A DNA stretch of 61,428 nt, filler included, from Choristocarpus tenellus KU-1152 (Eukaryota; Protista; Phaeophyceae): the NCBI GenBank assembly GCA_964200185.2. It is 10 parts of 10 records of this genome, joined end to end, with 100 filler letters (N's around TTAATTAATTAA, not from the genome) between each part and the next. Parts side by side here need not be neighbours in the genome. Positions count along the whole stretch, not along the records: positions 9,467 to 18,969 come from CAXNAD020003623.1; positions 19,070 to 24,052 come from CAXNAD020012279.1; positions 24,153 to 27,296 come from CAXNAD020022005.1; 7 more parts are not named here. One strand, given 5' to 3'. Positions 12,420 through 26,695 of the stretch are shown here, one piece after another (the first letter of the stretch is position 1; each line of letters opens with the position of its first letter). The position numbers and the translations under genes were made by a program. The notes under the pieces were generated by a model. It had not been told where the DNA came from, did no database searches, and saw nothing but the letters and a program-made list of their open reading frames with translations.

Positions 12420-14871
12420 CAAGGAAGGATGGTGTTGAATATCTACAGTTTTTGTGTTGTAACTTTATTTAATATTTGAAACATCAAGAGAGGTATTTTG
12501 TTTTCCCAGTTGTGTCTTGTGTAATCTCGAGTAGGGAGACAAGCACATCTGGTGAACACTTGGTGCAAAAGTAGATGTATAGCTGTGTTCCAAAATAATT
12601 CAAAATTCCTTTTTTTTGTTATACCCTGTGCATGAGATCTGCTCTTCGCCGTGGATTATATTTGAGGAATATTTCTCAACAATATGTGTAGATCATCTGA
12701 AGCCCTAACTCCACCAGTGATGTATCGAATGTAAAATATAGTAAGAAGCTCGAGCAGGTGGGTGTGGCATTGTTTGTTGTCTCTACACATGGTGTTTTTT
12801 CAGTGTAAAACTGGTAGAGTAAATATATTCTGAATTCGAATTGTTTGACAGCATTTTTTCCCACTTACCCATCACAGTCCTCCACCAGGATGAGTATCTG
12901 GAGCATAAGAACAACGAGGATTAAGAAAATATCAGAGTCGTGAGTAGTGTGATATTGGTTGAGTGTGACACAGGTACTTACTAAGATATGCTTGAGTGCC
13001 AAGTACACATGATTACTTTTACATTTTGGTTGAGAATGGTGCAGTGTTGTATTGGAAGTTCAGACAGCAGTAGGAGAAGAAGTTCTTGTTTGTGGAGGAG
13101 CGTGTACGTGTGCACCATGAACATTTAGCAGTGCATGGTGCTGTGTGATGGTAAGTTAAGATGACCATAGGAGTACGACTATATGCTAAAGGGTTGTGTG
13201 TATGTGTATATCTGTACTTGAGGTGTTCTGGTGGGATTAGGATGAGTGCTGCCCAAAGTGTGTGGCGGTAGGAAAGGGTTAAAGAAATAGAGAGAGTAAG
13301 TAGTAGTTACAATGGATCTCAACAAGAGTGGGGTTAAGGAAGAAATGGGATGTGTATCCTTCTTTGCATTGTTGCAAGGAGGAAGAGAATGTTGTACAGA
13401 AGGCATACGTACTTACGTTGTTGGGTTGGAAGCTGTCTGTGTGGTGGGGATGGTAATGAGGGGGTTGATATGAGGATGCAATTGTTGAAATTGATACTAT
13501 GTGATTCATTAAGTTTAGTGCAATGGGAGTGAAAGATGGTGGCATAGTCGACACGTTTTGAATGGAAGGGATATTGAAGTGTAATGAACCAAAGTAAACA
13601 AGAGGTATCCAGGTTGCCTGATTTGCATTTTAAGCCCATTTCCAATCTTTTGCACTTCACCCATATTTCTATGGATGAAGTTCTAAGTCTGACTTGAGAT
13701 CGTATATTTCTCTATTGTTTGAAACTTTTCAGACATAGTTCAGAAAATATCCTAGACACATTAGTAAAAGGTATGAATTTTACACATCTATATCATCATC
13801 CTTGAAATACAACTCTGGATACCTCTTGTATACCTTTGACTCAATGTTGTGGAGATAGTCGGTGGTGGAACTTCATGATGTGATATTGCAACTGCAGTAG
13901 GGAATGAATGAGATGAGATGGGAAGAAATATAATGAAAATTGTTATTGTGGATTGAGTGGATGTAATGTAATTATGGTGTCTGTGGTGGTACAAAGTAGA
14001 AGCTCGAAGTGTGGTGAGGAATACGTGTAAGGTAAAGGGGGTCGAACACCCGACAGTTGTGTACTCCATCGAAAATGGGAATATATATAAAGTTGCGATC
14101 GCTGCAGCATGGCACAATGCAGAAGAAAATAACATACTTTATAGGTTCCCCTTAAACCCTGAAGGCAGATGGTGGCAGCCTCACCTTGTCCACATTGAAT
14201 TTAGGAGTTATAGATGACCTCGTCCAAGCTGCCCATCCAATACCTCAAGGATATTGTCTGGGGAGGTGGCCGACATGGTGAGGTGTATGAACAATGGATA
14301 ACCTACAAACAAGCCGTCAAGTACTTGCCAGTACTTCATTGCAGTGCACAGGAAAACTTCCCTTCTTCGAGAGCCACCACTACCTCACACTTCCAAAGTG
14401 TTCACCTATTATTCTAAAAAGTTTGGAACGATGTTTTTTTTACTATTTAGAACCATTTGGGTATGTTTTAAAGACCATTTACACTTGCTTTGGGATTTTC
14501 TTTCACCACTTCTTCTCATGTTTTTGGGAATGTTTTTCGCACTTTCCCCCATGTTTTGGGGGTGGGTTAGGACATTTCCCCACTTTATTGGACATGTTTT
14601 TTACACTTTTGCATGTGTTTTGGGGATGCCCTTGGCTATTTCCCCACGTTATTGGACAAGTTTTGCGCACTTTTGGACATATATTTGAGGATATTTTTCG
14701 ACTTTGGAGGACACCTTTTTCTGGATGTATGTTTGTTCGCATAAGGAGATGCTTTGAAGTGCTGCACACACTAAATGTTGCTAATAGTGCACATGAAAAA
14801 GTATTTTATGAACGTAGCAAGATAATGTGTATAGAACAGTAGATTAGTGATGGATCGGGACATTGGAATAT

Positions 14872-15129
14872 AAGTGAAAGTATCTTAGAGTGTACGAGTT
14901 TTTCCCTGTTTGTCCATTTGGAACGTGGCTCACCATGGGTTTTTAATGGCATTTTACCTAATCCAAAATTGTTTTGAGTAGGTAAAATGTGTACATTATG
15001 AAAACGTGTGTCCGGCACAAGGATATTGACATTTCCTAACAAACACGATAGCCAAAATCACGTCAAAATACCAACATTGTATTTTGGCCCCCAATGGACG
15101 CGGCCCTACCCTCTAAGATACTTTGTCTC
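14872..15129 (+). mobile_element. MITE family A, copy 3
   Basis: AAGTGAAAGTATCTTAGAGTGTA ... TACCCTCTAAGATACTTTGTCTC, 258 bp; no clean TSD. Confidence 0.9.
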
Positions 15130-16900
15130 TTTCAAAAAGATTTTGCAGGGTCTCTCTCTCAAGCACGATGACAACACTATGTTGTTTATCTGAAGATGGT
15201 TGTGAATTTCATTTTAGGGGGCAACTTAGAATAAGGGTGTAAAGTTTCCGATTTCTCTGGAAATGCGAATTCGGTAAGAAAAGCAATCCAAACATACAAT
15301 GATTTTTCTATGTCAAAGGTTACATCCTTACGTTTTTTTCTACCATCTTTATCTTTATTACCCTCATCCGATATCGATCGGACTTATTACGATACTAGAT
15401 GTTTGATATTGATGTTTCTATTAACCTTGTCTCACACTGCCTCTATTATATACCAACTATTCATCGAAGGTCCCAACAACATTCACCATGTCCAACAACA
15501 GGAATCAGGATATATCCAAAAGGGACTAGGAGGAGAACTGGTTGAATTCGCCGTGGCTGTTGAGTGGACAAAGTTGCTGGAAAAGCTTGTCAAATATATA
15601 GGACGTGGAGAGGAGTGGTGAGAAATAGCAAGTTAACCGATTTTTTTAACCCTTCAAAGAGTTTAGGTTTGTCATTGAAGGCGTCCATCCAAGGCACTGC
15701 AGAAGGGTACGCACCTTCCCTGTTGTACCGATGACTAAGCGAAAAATGGTTGGTGCACAATATGTCGCACCTCTTGGTGGGAACTTGTTGTATCCTTGAA
15801 TGTTTAGGCACCTTGCAGATTTTTTTCACGATGGGCCACGACTACCTGTTATGTCATGCAATTTCCCTCGCACTTCGGGCCCACCTAAGCACCATACAGA
15901 TTCCACTCTCAGTGCCATTTAGAACTAGCACAAGGAGGTACTACTTCCTCCTCACCATTCGATCCTACTGCACACAACACCTGAATATGTATAATCCCTC
16001 AAACCGTTTGGGGCTGGGAGCGATGAAGAGGCATTATAGGCCGTGAGACCAGATCTATCAACAAGCAGCAGACTTTGCCTATTGTACCTTCCCCACATGA
16101 TTGAGTCCTGCTCTGTCATAAGCTTATGAATCCAAGAAGATGAGGTGGAAGACAGTAGACGATTCAGCAGGGTATTTGATGCTGATCCATGTTATCGTCT
16201 TGGTTGGGTTGAGATATATCTCTGGGATACTTCTAGACAAAGACTGCGAACCTGGTTCTTTGGAGTTGTTCATTTTCCTCCTGCTGCTTCGTCTGGGGTG
16301 GATACTCCCTCTCCTCCAGGAAACGGACGGTTCAAGTTTAGCATTTTGCGGCTGACTTCTTCTCTTCTGTCTCATTTCCCTTTATATGCAATGCTAGCCC
16401 TTGCCAGGCACAGGACCAACAAGTTTGACTAAGAATCAATATCCTTTCACAAACACATACACACACTCTCGCTTGACTTCTCTTTTTCTGATGAGTGGAA
16501 GAACAACCATCCTCTCCCATCAAGCCTCCAGGAAGTGCATTCATCTATGCCAATCCCTATCTCTCCTTGATGGTTCATATTCATAGTTTGGCCCAACACC
16601 CGTAGACTAGTAGGGTAAGACCTTGGACTGCAGCTTGATCAACTGTACCCAAGGTAAACAAGGGACAAATTTTTAAATACAGAAGATCCAGATAGACTGG
16701 TATATGCATGGGCCAGTCAAGAAGGCATGCCTGAAAACTGAGTTAGTCGATATTATCTCTTGGAAAGGAATTTCTTGCATCTTGCCACTCTCCCCTTCTC
16801 TCCCAGTACCTCCCCCCTCCCCAGCCCCTAAGCACGTGACATAACTCCTACCTTCCCATGCTCTCCCGTCTCCCTCATTACCCAGCCCTAAACCCTTGTC

Positions 16901-17075
16901 CTAATCCCTCCCCCCCGACTCAGTTCGTCCGGGTGAAATCATGGACGATGACGAGCATGTGGCTCCTGGAGAAGAACCAGCTGTTTTTGCAAGCAAGTCT
17001 GGAGTTGTGGTGAGCGACGTGTCATACATTGAAGTGACTGATCCAGGCAATGAGTGGCGTCTCTTGGCGTGTCCG
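16901..17075 (-). CDS. Possible terminal exon of an unidentified gene
   Basis: Locally GC-richer Ser/Thr-rich frame HAKRRHSLPGSVTSMYDTSLTTTPDLLAK...GGRD*; no recognisable domain. Confidence 0.25.
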
Positions 17076-19289
17076 GTGAGCACACTAACCCTAAAATCCC
17101 TGTAGATATTCCAAAGATATACACTAACTAACACCCCCATTGATATCCCAAAGATACACACTAAATAACCCACCTACTTTGTAACACTACGGTACAAGAA
17201 CATTCAACAGTGTATTGGTTTGTTATTGCTGGAACTATCTGAATCATAGGGGTTGAATTGATATATTTCAATTGGATGGTGATCAATTGATAGTGAAGTC
17301 CAAGGGATAGGTTATTCAATCATCGCTTATTTTTTTATGATATTATGTGTGTGGTGTGTGAAGGGTGGGTGGGGACATGGAAAATTTAATAATAAATAAT
17401 ATAAACACTTCCATCCATGAGCCCATGAGAACCGTGAGTGTTATTGGGAACTATGAGGATGGTGGGTTTAGTAACCAGATATGACTATAACATTGAACCG
17501 TCTGCTGAGTGTGCCCTCCCACTTGTGGAGGTTTATGACAAGGAAGGTGAAGGTTGGGTGCAATGAAAACAAGCTAAGGGCATCAATTGTGGAGAAGAAA
17601 GTGAAGCATGTTAAGGAGTAGAAACATTATATCCTTAACACTATATCCTTCTGGGTTGAAGACTGTTATTCAGCACTTCTTTAGGGTTTTTAAGAGAGGG
17701 ACAAAGGCAATTTTAGATGTTGTCTTGAACTATGTGTAAGATAACAACTTTTTCTTGGCAGAGATCACAATGTGTAGTTCAATATTAATATCCAAGAGGT
17801 CACCTCTAGAGTTCCAAATACAGGCACAGGGACACTGTTTGTGAGACAGGAAGAAGGGTGTAGGTTCAATGTTGGGAGGTAGCCACTGTGTAAGGCTCTT
17901 TTTCAAGGCTAAGGCATACAGAGTAGGTCACTCTTCTTTGCCTCTTCTGCAAGCCTTCTTTCAGCAGTGCGTCAGATATCACTACAAGGTAGAGTATCCA
18001 GTGTTGAGAAAGAGTACCTCAAAAAATGTTTGCCTACAAGGTGCTCCTCTTATCAGTCAGGAGACCTTCCACCACGGTGTTCAGTGTTACTCAGCAATCA
18101 GTGTACTTTGCCGCCTATTTTAATTTTCGATTGTAATTGACCACAATATACGCCTTCCAGCTGATTTATAGTCTGTACTCAAGAGGCATTTGCATTCACA
18201 AAAATAAGGATGTGTGTAATTGCCTATCCTGTATCAAGCTAAAAAATGGTACAATTGGAAAACCAAACCATACATAGAATTTCATGCTAATGCATCGTTA
18301 GCACATGCTGTGAGCATGGAGATGATATTTTTTATCTGCTGCAAGAAAAGAGTCATCAATATAACACAAGGCATTTCTTTGTGTTGTGTTTCATTGAGGA
18401 GTACTTTCCCCCTCTGTTGTGTTGTCCAAGAGACTACACAAACAACACGCATCAAGCTATGCTGCCCATGTATTCTCAGCTCATCCAGACTGTCTTGTGA
18501 TACGGATTGAGCATGAGAAACATTGGGCATTTCCTCAGAGTACTCATAAGCATTAGCTTTTATATCAATCTTAATACTGATAGTTAATTGTGGTGGAAGA
18601 TCAGTCCATCATGGATCAGAGAAGGGGCATGGAGAGGTCCTAATTTATAATTCATGGTGAGAGACTTGTTGATGTTCTGTGGTGTACATATGTGATGAAG
18701 CTGTAGCTGAGATAGCACAGAGATATCTTTAATGGTTGTGGATTGGGTACTATAAAGGACTGTACACCAACAGAAGGCCCTATGAGCCATGTATAATATG
18801 GAACAAATGGAATGTATATGTTTGCCCTTGCAATCTCCCATACACTCTCAATCTTTGCACTCATCACTCATCAATTTCCCCCTTTCCCCTCTCACCTGCC
18901 CCTCCCCCCCCCCCCCCCCCCCACAGTCTGATGGAAGCTCCCCCACAGTGTGTGAGTTTAACCCCCGTGNNNNNNNNNNNNNNNNNNNNNNNNNNNNNNN
19001 NNNNNNNNNNNNNTTAATTAATTAANNNNNNNNNNNNNNNNNNNNNNNNNNNNNNNNNNNNNNNNNNNNATCCTCATAGTCCCGCTCCATCCTCAATTTT
19101 GCGAATCCCCTGTTTTAGGCTTCCACAAAAAAACACCCATCGATTGTAAAAAAGAGTGAGATCTTACTCAGTATATAAAGAAAAGGTAGATTTTCGGTTT
19201 TCTTGTCCACGGTTCAGTATGACTAAGAGAAAGCTGTTGATGGTATATCATGTCGAATTACTTCTACCGTTCAAGGATATATTCATATT

Positions 19290-19375
19290 TTCAGGGATTC
19301 TGCTAGCATGTCAATAGTTTTCATTGGTTTTGCCCTTGACACATCTGGAAAATGTCAAGAGGGCATAATATAAAA
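19290..19375 (-). mobile_element. Helentron-like hairpin repeat, copy 2
   Basis: GTTTTCATTGGTTTTGCCCTTGACACATCTGGAAAATGTCAAGAGGGCATAATA, near-identical to 47473-47527. Confidence 0.55.
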
Positions 19376-21203
19376 ATCCATAGTGTTGTAACGCTCGCAG
19401 TCCTACCTTGGACAACCTGCCCACCTGCTTACACCTTTCTAGGTAGCAACTACCAATACAGATGATTGAAAAGGAAAATTTTCATCTTGGGCATTGATTC
19501 AACTCAACTGGAGGGTACGGAAATGACCCTAAAAACGGACTATAAAATACTCAATAATAACCTGACCAAGGAAGGGTGGTAAGGACGCAGACCAAGGTCT
19601 GATCAGCTCTAGACATGCACTCCTGTCCCAGCCATCCTAGGACTACCCTTTGCAGCACTGTCAGAGGGATGGATCATACAAGAAGTGTAGGGAGGTGGTG
19701 ATATTCTCTAACGCTCAAGGAGTGCTGAAGGATTGTAATGCAGGCGTTCTGTGGGCCACCCTGCACACTTCACATTCTACACCAATCTCTCTCAAGGATG
19801 AAATCCATGCCTTCTGGCCTGCACTAAGTACATCCCGAGCAGACTTCACCTCTACTACAAGCACCTCCCAGCCGAAGCCCCACCCCTCCCAGTTCAGGCT
19901 CTCAGAGGAATTGAAATCACCATCTAAGCCGGCAGCATGACCTACTTTAAGAGTGTTACACTCTACTGTGTCAGTCAGGGGCGAAGTAGCTGTAGAACTA
20001 GGACTGGAATTTTTGGTGGAATTCTGACACGTCAAAGAGGGATGTTGACCACTATTGCCGCTGTTGCTTGGACTTGTCCTCCTCCTGGGTCGCCAGAGGA
20101 TAAGATCCGGAAAGCCATAGCACCTTTCAAGGAGGCAAAAGGAATAGCACTATAAGATCAAAGAGGATGAAGAACATGTACTTTCAGCATCCAACCCAGG
20201 TACCTCAAGTTCTGAAAGTGGAACCATAAACATGACAAATCAAGTTGGTTTGTGGGTGCTCCAACTCGATATCTAGTACCGTTTACACCTGAGGGAATTG
20301 CAAAATGTCTCTGAAGCGCTTGGTTGTACAAGCATCTATTGTGTAACAGACAAGTCACCGCAGTCATCCGGACTTTGCAAGGTGAGGACCACTACTACTG
20401 AAGTCCCCCGTGAGAAATGCACTTGGAAACCCATGCATTGACCAATATTTTCACACAACTAGTTCCAAGTCAATCCCAAGCAGACAGGAGGGTAGCATCG
20501 CACTAACCGTTTTCTAGCAGCCACTAGGCAGATGGTCACACAAACACTCAAAACTCAAAGATGGAATATTGTACCTGTTACGTTCTGCACAGTACTGTCA
20601 CACATTGGTGAAAGACATGGACCTTGACATATAGAGGATGGACAAGCCTTCCACGTCAAGGCAATGACATTTCACATCTTTCTCGATTCTATTCCCTACG
20701 AGTGGGGAAAACAACTCTTTGAGTGTGAGTGTGTATCCATGATACATATAAATACACAGTACATCAGTAGGGATAGTTTTCTTCAAAATCTCCGTGCCAC
20801 AGCTCTTTGGAGTTGGGGATAGATAGGGTTGCAGTGTGCTGGAAAGGTCATAATGTCCCTATAGCAGAGCACGTTTACTCTGGAGTACTATATTAAACAG
20901 GACAACAGCACACGTTTGTTTTGTGAAGACACATACCCTCACTCTCTCTCACCAGGAGGCAAAGTCAGTAGCCAACATTCGCAACAAGGAGGAAAGTCTC
21001 TTACCCCCAAACGACACACAGACCTCCATCACCTAGCCAGAGGCGGACAAATCAAAAAGGAATGAACAGGGAGTTGAAACGAAGAGCAGCACAAGGGTAC
21101 CTGAAGGAATCTGGTTTAGACAACAACAACAATGGATTGAGATAAAAGGCACTGACGACAGTAGAGTAGCAGCATCCAAGTGTGGGGTCAAAAAACGTGT
21201 TGC

Positions 21204-21461
21204 GAGTCAAAATATCTTAGAGGGTAGAGCCACGTCCATTTGGGGGTCAAAATCCAACGTTGCGATTTTGATGTAATTTTGGCTATCGTGTTTGTTAGGA
21301 AGTGTTAACATCCTTGTTTCGGACGCACCTTTTCATAATGTATGCATTTCACCTACTCCTAAACATTTTGGAGTAGGAAAATGTCATAAAAAACCCCATG
21401 GGATCCAAGCCCCAAATGGACAAGAAGGGCAAAACTCGTACCCTCTAAGATGATTTCGCTC
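21204..21461 (-). mobile_element. MITE family A, copy 4
   Basis: GAGTCAAAATATCTTAGAGGGTA ... TACCCTCTAAGATGATTTCGCTC; perfect 4-bp TSD TTGC. Confidence 0.92.
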
Positions 21462-23673
21462 TTGCCTATTCCACACTCCCGCCCTAACCCTAGATAGAAA
21501 ATCGTTAGAGAAGTTAAATCACCCACCTTTATCACAGTCAACAGTAAAAATCAGTTGCTAAGTGAGAATCATCATTGGACGTGTTTGGGGATGATGTCTG
21601 AGCACCTCGTGGAGTCAGATAACCCCTCAGCAACTACAAAAGTTACTGATAACCCCTGCTAGCTCATGTCCCATCACTATCACCTGTTGTTTGTCAACCA
21701 TACCAGCCCTTACGTACTTTCTGACATATGCACATGTCACATCCTTGTACCTGTGGTAGGGAATCATGGGTTTCCCAAGAGGTCAGGCAGTGGTGAACCA
21801 TTGCTCACAAACACAGACAGGCCACACTAAAAACACTACCGTGATTGCTACTCTTCCACACTCTGTTCTTCACAACAACGCCTCCATACACATTGCTCAA
21901 CACCAGTTCATGTACAGGAGGAGATGTGATTGACATGCTTAAGAGAGTCGATCTCAGTGGATTAATCGTATGACATCATGATATTATTCTCAGAAGTGGT
22001 ATCGTACTTAGTTCAAACGAAGACCTCATATGACACAGCAGTATCATCTGCCCAATTATATATCAACAATCCATGCCCACAACATAAAATATTAAAAACT
22101 TGAAGGCACCGAGCAACACTCGGAGCTGCACAGTCCAAACACCGGCATAATAAATTCCAGAAGACTTATTCACACACTCCTGAATGCATAAACTGCACAT
22201 GAATCGTTCACCACCAACACAGGTACATTCAACACGCAATAGAGCTCTTCCTCTCTCACTCGCCTGTCAAAACACTCCCCAGCCTTGGCCCACAGATCTC
22301 GGTCAGAAGCCTTGCCTATGGTAGACAAAGCTCTTTCCATACCAGGTCGACGGTCCCAGAAGTATGGGTCCCCCAGGTCCAGCGGACGATCCTAAACATC
22401 AATTGAAAAAAAATTGAGTAGTAAATTTGGTGGACATAATAAATCTCCTATAAGACAACATAATATATGTATGTATCTATATGTATCATTTGTCGGTGTT
22501 TAGGACCAAGTGTTTTAAAAAGTGTTTTTAAATTTATACATAAAAATACGAAGTCCAAAGGGGACCACAAGATTCAATCCTAACGCCAATAATCCTATAT
22601 AATCTAAATATTCATTAAGTTGAGGTTCATAATTAAGGTGAATAGAATAAAAATCTTAATCATCAATCATCAATTGTTGATGGCATTGTGGGCATTAGAG
22701 TTAGGGTTAGGGCTCAGCTTTAGGAATGCAAAGTATTGGTTCGGGGAGTTTCTTCTCTACATAGGTGGTTGTGGCATAATGTCTGCTCACTACACCGTGT
22801 GGGATTGGTACAGGATAGGGTATAGGGTATACCTTTAATAGAACTAAGAAAATGTACAAGGTGTCGCGGTTGGGGATAGAGTGCAGTAGAAGAAGCAACA
22901 CCACTCCTTGATGTTAGGCTTGGTTTATGGAACATGACACAGGGTTGGCAAGACTTGGAAGGGCATGAATTGTGGTCCAGCAAGAAGCAGTATTTTTTGT
23001 CTGATGATTTCTTTTAATCCTTTCCGAATAATTCTGAGAAAATTATTCCAACGCACGTTTTCGGTTTTGGATGAACAAAGCCATTCCAAGCCCGCTATCG
23101 ATACTGGAGGAGTGAAGCAGCAGACCACACCAGACACATTTCTCGCCTCAATTATACCAAGAGATCCTTTCGATTAACCCCAAGCTCAAAAAGATCAGAC
23201 TAGCAACTGTTTTCAGGAAAATGAACTGAAGCCCCTCACTCTGTGACAAAAAACAGTACTACGTAGTAATAATAGTAAGAATAGTAGTAAGAATATTAAT
23301 AATATTAACAATTCAAGGTTGTACTGTAAAATTCAAGCGTAACACAAACCAATCAATATCGAGTAACAACAGTAGTAGTACAAACTACCTTTCAACGGAA
23401 TAAAGCCCAGCTGTGGCAATATTCAAGTCCACGCACAGGAGAATAGAATACTACTATGGTCAAGGTCAGGGGTACTTTCAGAGTAAGCATAAAATAATCT
23501 GGTACTATGCACTTAAGACTAAAGAGTTGTTCTACAGCAGTGCAGGCAAACTTGCTGTACCTCCTTCTACAGTTCTGACTTGGTCCCTGCTTTGGACTGA
23601 AGATGTGACATCCAGTAAGAAGACTGAGCACAATATTCATTTTATCCCGAATACATTCACACATACACTACTC

Positions 23674-24052
23674 CTGGAGAATACTGTACCAAGTACTACC
23701 CTGGAGAATACTGTACCAAGTACTACCCTGGAGTATACTGTACCAAGTACTACCCTGGAGTATACTGTACCAAGTACTACCCTAGAGTGCACTGCACCAA
23801 GTACTGCCCTGGACAATACTGTACCGAGTACTACCCTGGAGAATACTGTACCAAGTACTACCCTAGAGTAAACTGTACCAAGTACTACCCTGGAGTATAC
23901 TGTACCAAGTACTACCCTAGAGTGCACTGCACCAAGTACTACCCTGGAGAATACTGTACCAAGTACTACCCTGGAGAATACTGTACCAAGTACTACCCTG
24001 GAGTATACTGTACCAAGTACTACCCTGGAGTATACTGTACCAAATACTACCC
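23674..24052. repeat. 27-bp minisatellite, ~14 copies, truncated by contig end
   Basis: Unit CTGGAG(A/T)ATACTGTACCAAGTACTACC. Confidence 0.95.
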
Positions 24053-24793
24053 NNNNNNNNNNNNNNNNNNNNNNNNNNNNNNNNNNNNNNNNNNNNTTAA
24101 TTAATTAANNNNNNNNNNNNNNNNNNNNNNNNNNNNNNNNNNNNNNNNNNNNAACTCAAATCCAACGACCTCAAAACGACGCTACGAGGGGATTCCACAG
24201 ATGATTAGCACGTTCGGTGTCAGCTTGATGTTCAGCTCAGTCAATGTCTCGCCTTTCACTTTATCAAAAGAGGTGCATCAAAAAGGAACTGAGGGTGTGG
24301 TGGGCCTTCTCAGCCGTCTATTAGCATCATCCACCAGTTTTCTACAGTCAGAGAGTTAAATGAAGTCGGCAAACTGCTAAGTGGATACATTAATTATGAA
24401 TCTTTACTCTGTAACTTCCAGAAATTGATACCTATTCTGTAGGATTATGTTCGAATNNNNNNNNNNAGAAACAATCCTCACACTCTACGTCTGTTACAAA
24501 TGTTCGTATTTCCTGAAACATAACAAGAAAATGTTCGTGCTATTCGCGTGCAACAAACGTTTGCACTTAGTTCAAATACAAGAAGAAAAGCTCGCGCTAT
24601 TCGCCTGTAACTGGTAGGTGCCGCTGGACATCTTACGTCTTTGCCTGTCGGAGATTCAGCCGAGGCGATCACAACTCATATGCATACGTATGGCTTCTGC
24701 TTGTCTGAATCTGTAGGCTTGTGCTCCAGGATCAATATTAATATTTCTTCTGCTGCCGTATCCAAATACAACTTCTACCTCAAAAAATGACAG

Positions 24794-24964
24794 ACCTACT
24801 GGAGCACGGTGTACCTCCTTGCTGATATCCAGCAGCTGGTCGATGCGAATTTGTTTGTGGGAACTTTTACGAGCAACTTCGCCAGGGTTATCTATCTTTT
24901 GAGGTCACAGAATGCAGTTGTTGGAGTCGAGCCCAACTATAGAGAATGGCGACCCAATCTTTGA
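24794..24964 (+). CDS. Terminal exon of an alpha-(1,6)-fucosyltransferase-like (GT23/FUT8-like) protein
   Basis: Acceptor ACAG|ACC. TYWSTVYLLADIQQLVDANLFVGTFTSNFARVIYLLR...WRPNL* matches the GT23 C-terminal motif D+xxL..ADxFVGTFSSNxxRxxY. Missed by the ORF track because the exon has no start codon. Confidence 0.75.
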   Translation, partial: TYWSTVYLLADIQQLVDANLFVGTFTSNFARVIYLLRSQNAVVGVEPNYREWRPNL

Positions 24965-26436
24965 TAACAGTCCAATAGTAAGTAAAGCAGTTTCAAGTTT
25001 GATCCATTTCTGAAAGAACGTACAAATTCAAAGTGTGTAGGAGGCAATAAGACCATTACAAGAGTGCAAACCACTGCAAGGGAATATCTTGATCCATGTA
25101 GCATCTAACGTTAATGCCTTCATGGACTAAGTTGTTGGTCTTGGCACAAGGGTTAATTATCGGATGAGGTAGCGATTCTGTGATAGATAGTAGGTGGGCA
25201 AGGGGGTGCAGGAGTAAGGGAACAACGAAGGCATACCTACGACACCACTTGTCTGCAGCTGCAAAAAGTAGCTCTGTCAGTTATTTACAAGGACTCTACG
25301 CTGAAGACACTTAGCTGGTGGGCAAGGCTGGGCTTGACGAAAGAAGGTTATTGAACGTCCCATTACCGTGTGACGGCAAATCGTTTTGATCTGAGGGGAG
25401 TGAGACCTCGTGCTTGTGTGCGACATGAAGATTGGAACAATTAGGGTATGCTTGTCAGGGTGCCCTTTCAGTTAGACTTCTTTTCTGTCTGCAGTTGGTT
25501 TTGTCTTAGCTGGTAGGTAATTTTTCAGATTCGAGTTTTAACCCATTGACAAAAGAGTGGCTATGGTTGGTGCAGGAAGAATGTCTTCCTTCATAAAGTC
25601 TGTTTTCGTGGATTCGAATTGTAATAGATCAACCATTTCATGGAAGAGATTTCATTGTAGGAGTTAATCCTCTATCACCAACTAGTTGACTCAATAATGA
25701 AGGGGCCTCACATCAGTGCAGTGCAAACTATATCTCAACATCACCAGAGTTTTCTACCTATCATACTCCTGTATCTGCACATCATTGTAGTGGCTCTCTG
25801 CCCCAGTGCAACAGTGGTTTCTTAGTATTTAGCTCAAACGTTCCCCACTAAAACAAACTATCGTTGTCCCATCATTTTTAGATTATATTAATTTGCGATT
25901 TCATAGAATCGAACTGATGCCAGCGCTACAATTCACATCACCATTTTTTCATTACTAGGGCTTGGAGTAGTTTTTTGCAGAACCAGTGTTTTCAATGGAA
26001 TCATTTTCGTCTAAATGCGACCAACTATTGTGGAACATACTTCTTTCCGCCATGTTAGAGATCGGCAATTGGTAGAGCTCTGTATATAATGCTATGCCTA
26101 TTCCCTGGCCAACAACATCAATTCCACATACACTTTCAATAGTTTATGTTTGTGGTGATACCTTACCGCTTTCAAGACCGGAACCCCCCCTAAAAACATT
26201 GTGTAGGCTTCAAAAAATAATCTTGAGTATCGACCTTTCCAGTCCACTCCAATACAAATTTCCACAATATAAATTGAGCACGAGACTTTGGATGTTCATT
26301 CCCATTCCCATAATACTGGACGTAAGAGAGGGATTTGGAATTCTGGATGAAGAGGTGATTTGCCAAGGTTCCGATTCTGTCAGACCAGCTAGAACTTGAG
26401 CAGTAGACCTCCACAGCAATCATTCTTCTAGCTACT

Positions 26437-26695
26437 GAGTGAAAGTATCTTAGAGGGTACGAGTTTTTCCCTGTTTGTCCATTTGGGGCTTGGCTTCCCA
26501 TGGGGTTTTTTATGACATTTTCCTACACCAAAATGTTTCGGAGTAGATAAAATGTGTACGTTATGAAAAGGTGTGTCTGAAACATAGATATTGACACTTC
26601 CTAACAAACACGACAGCCAAAATTACATCAAAACTGCAACATTATATTTTGACCCCCAAATGGACGCAGCTCTACCCTCTAAGATACTTTGGCTC
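26437..26695 (+). mobile_element. MITE family A, copy 5
   Basis: GAGTGAAAGTATCTTAGAGGGTA ... TACCCTCTAAGATACTTTGGCTC; perfect TSD TACT. Confidence 0.93.

Noticed and set aside
14214-14417. Chromodomain-like peptide IQYLKDIVWGG..EQW
   Set aside because: Too short and divergent, with no adjacent integrase to support it.
14294-14842. Phe-rich 182-aa ORF
   Set aside because: T-rich low-complexity sequence with no domain or splice support.
19600-22400. Possible LINE ORF1/endonuclease remnant
   Set aside because: Composition is suggestive but no motif could be read with confidence.
26190-26501. Recurring short ORFs beginning MGSQAPNGQTG..SYPLRYF (also 32007, 40236, 59485)
   Set aside because: Chance translations of the MITE-A end, not a protein family.
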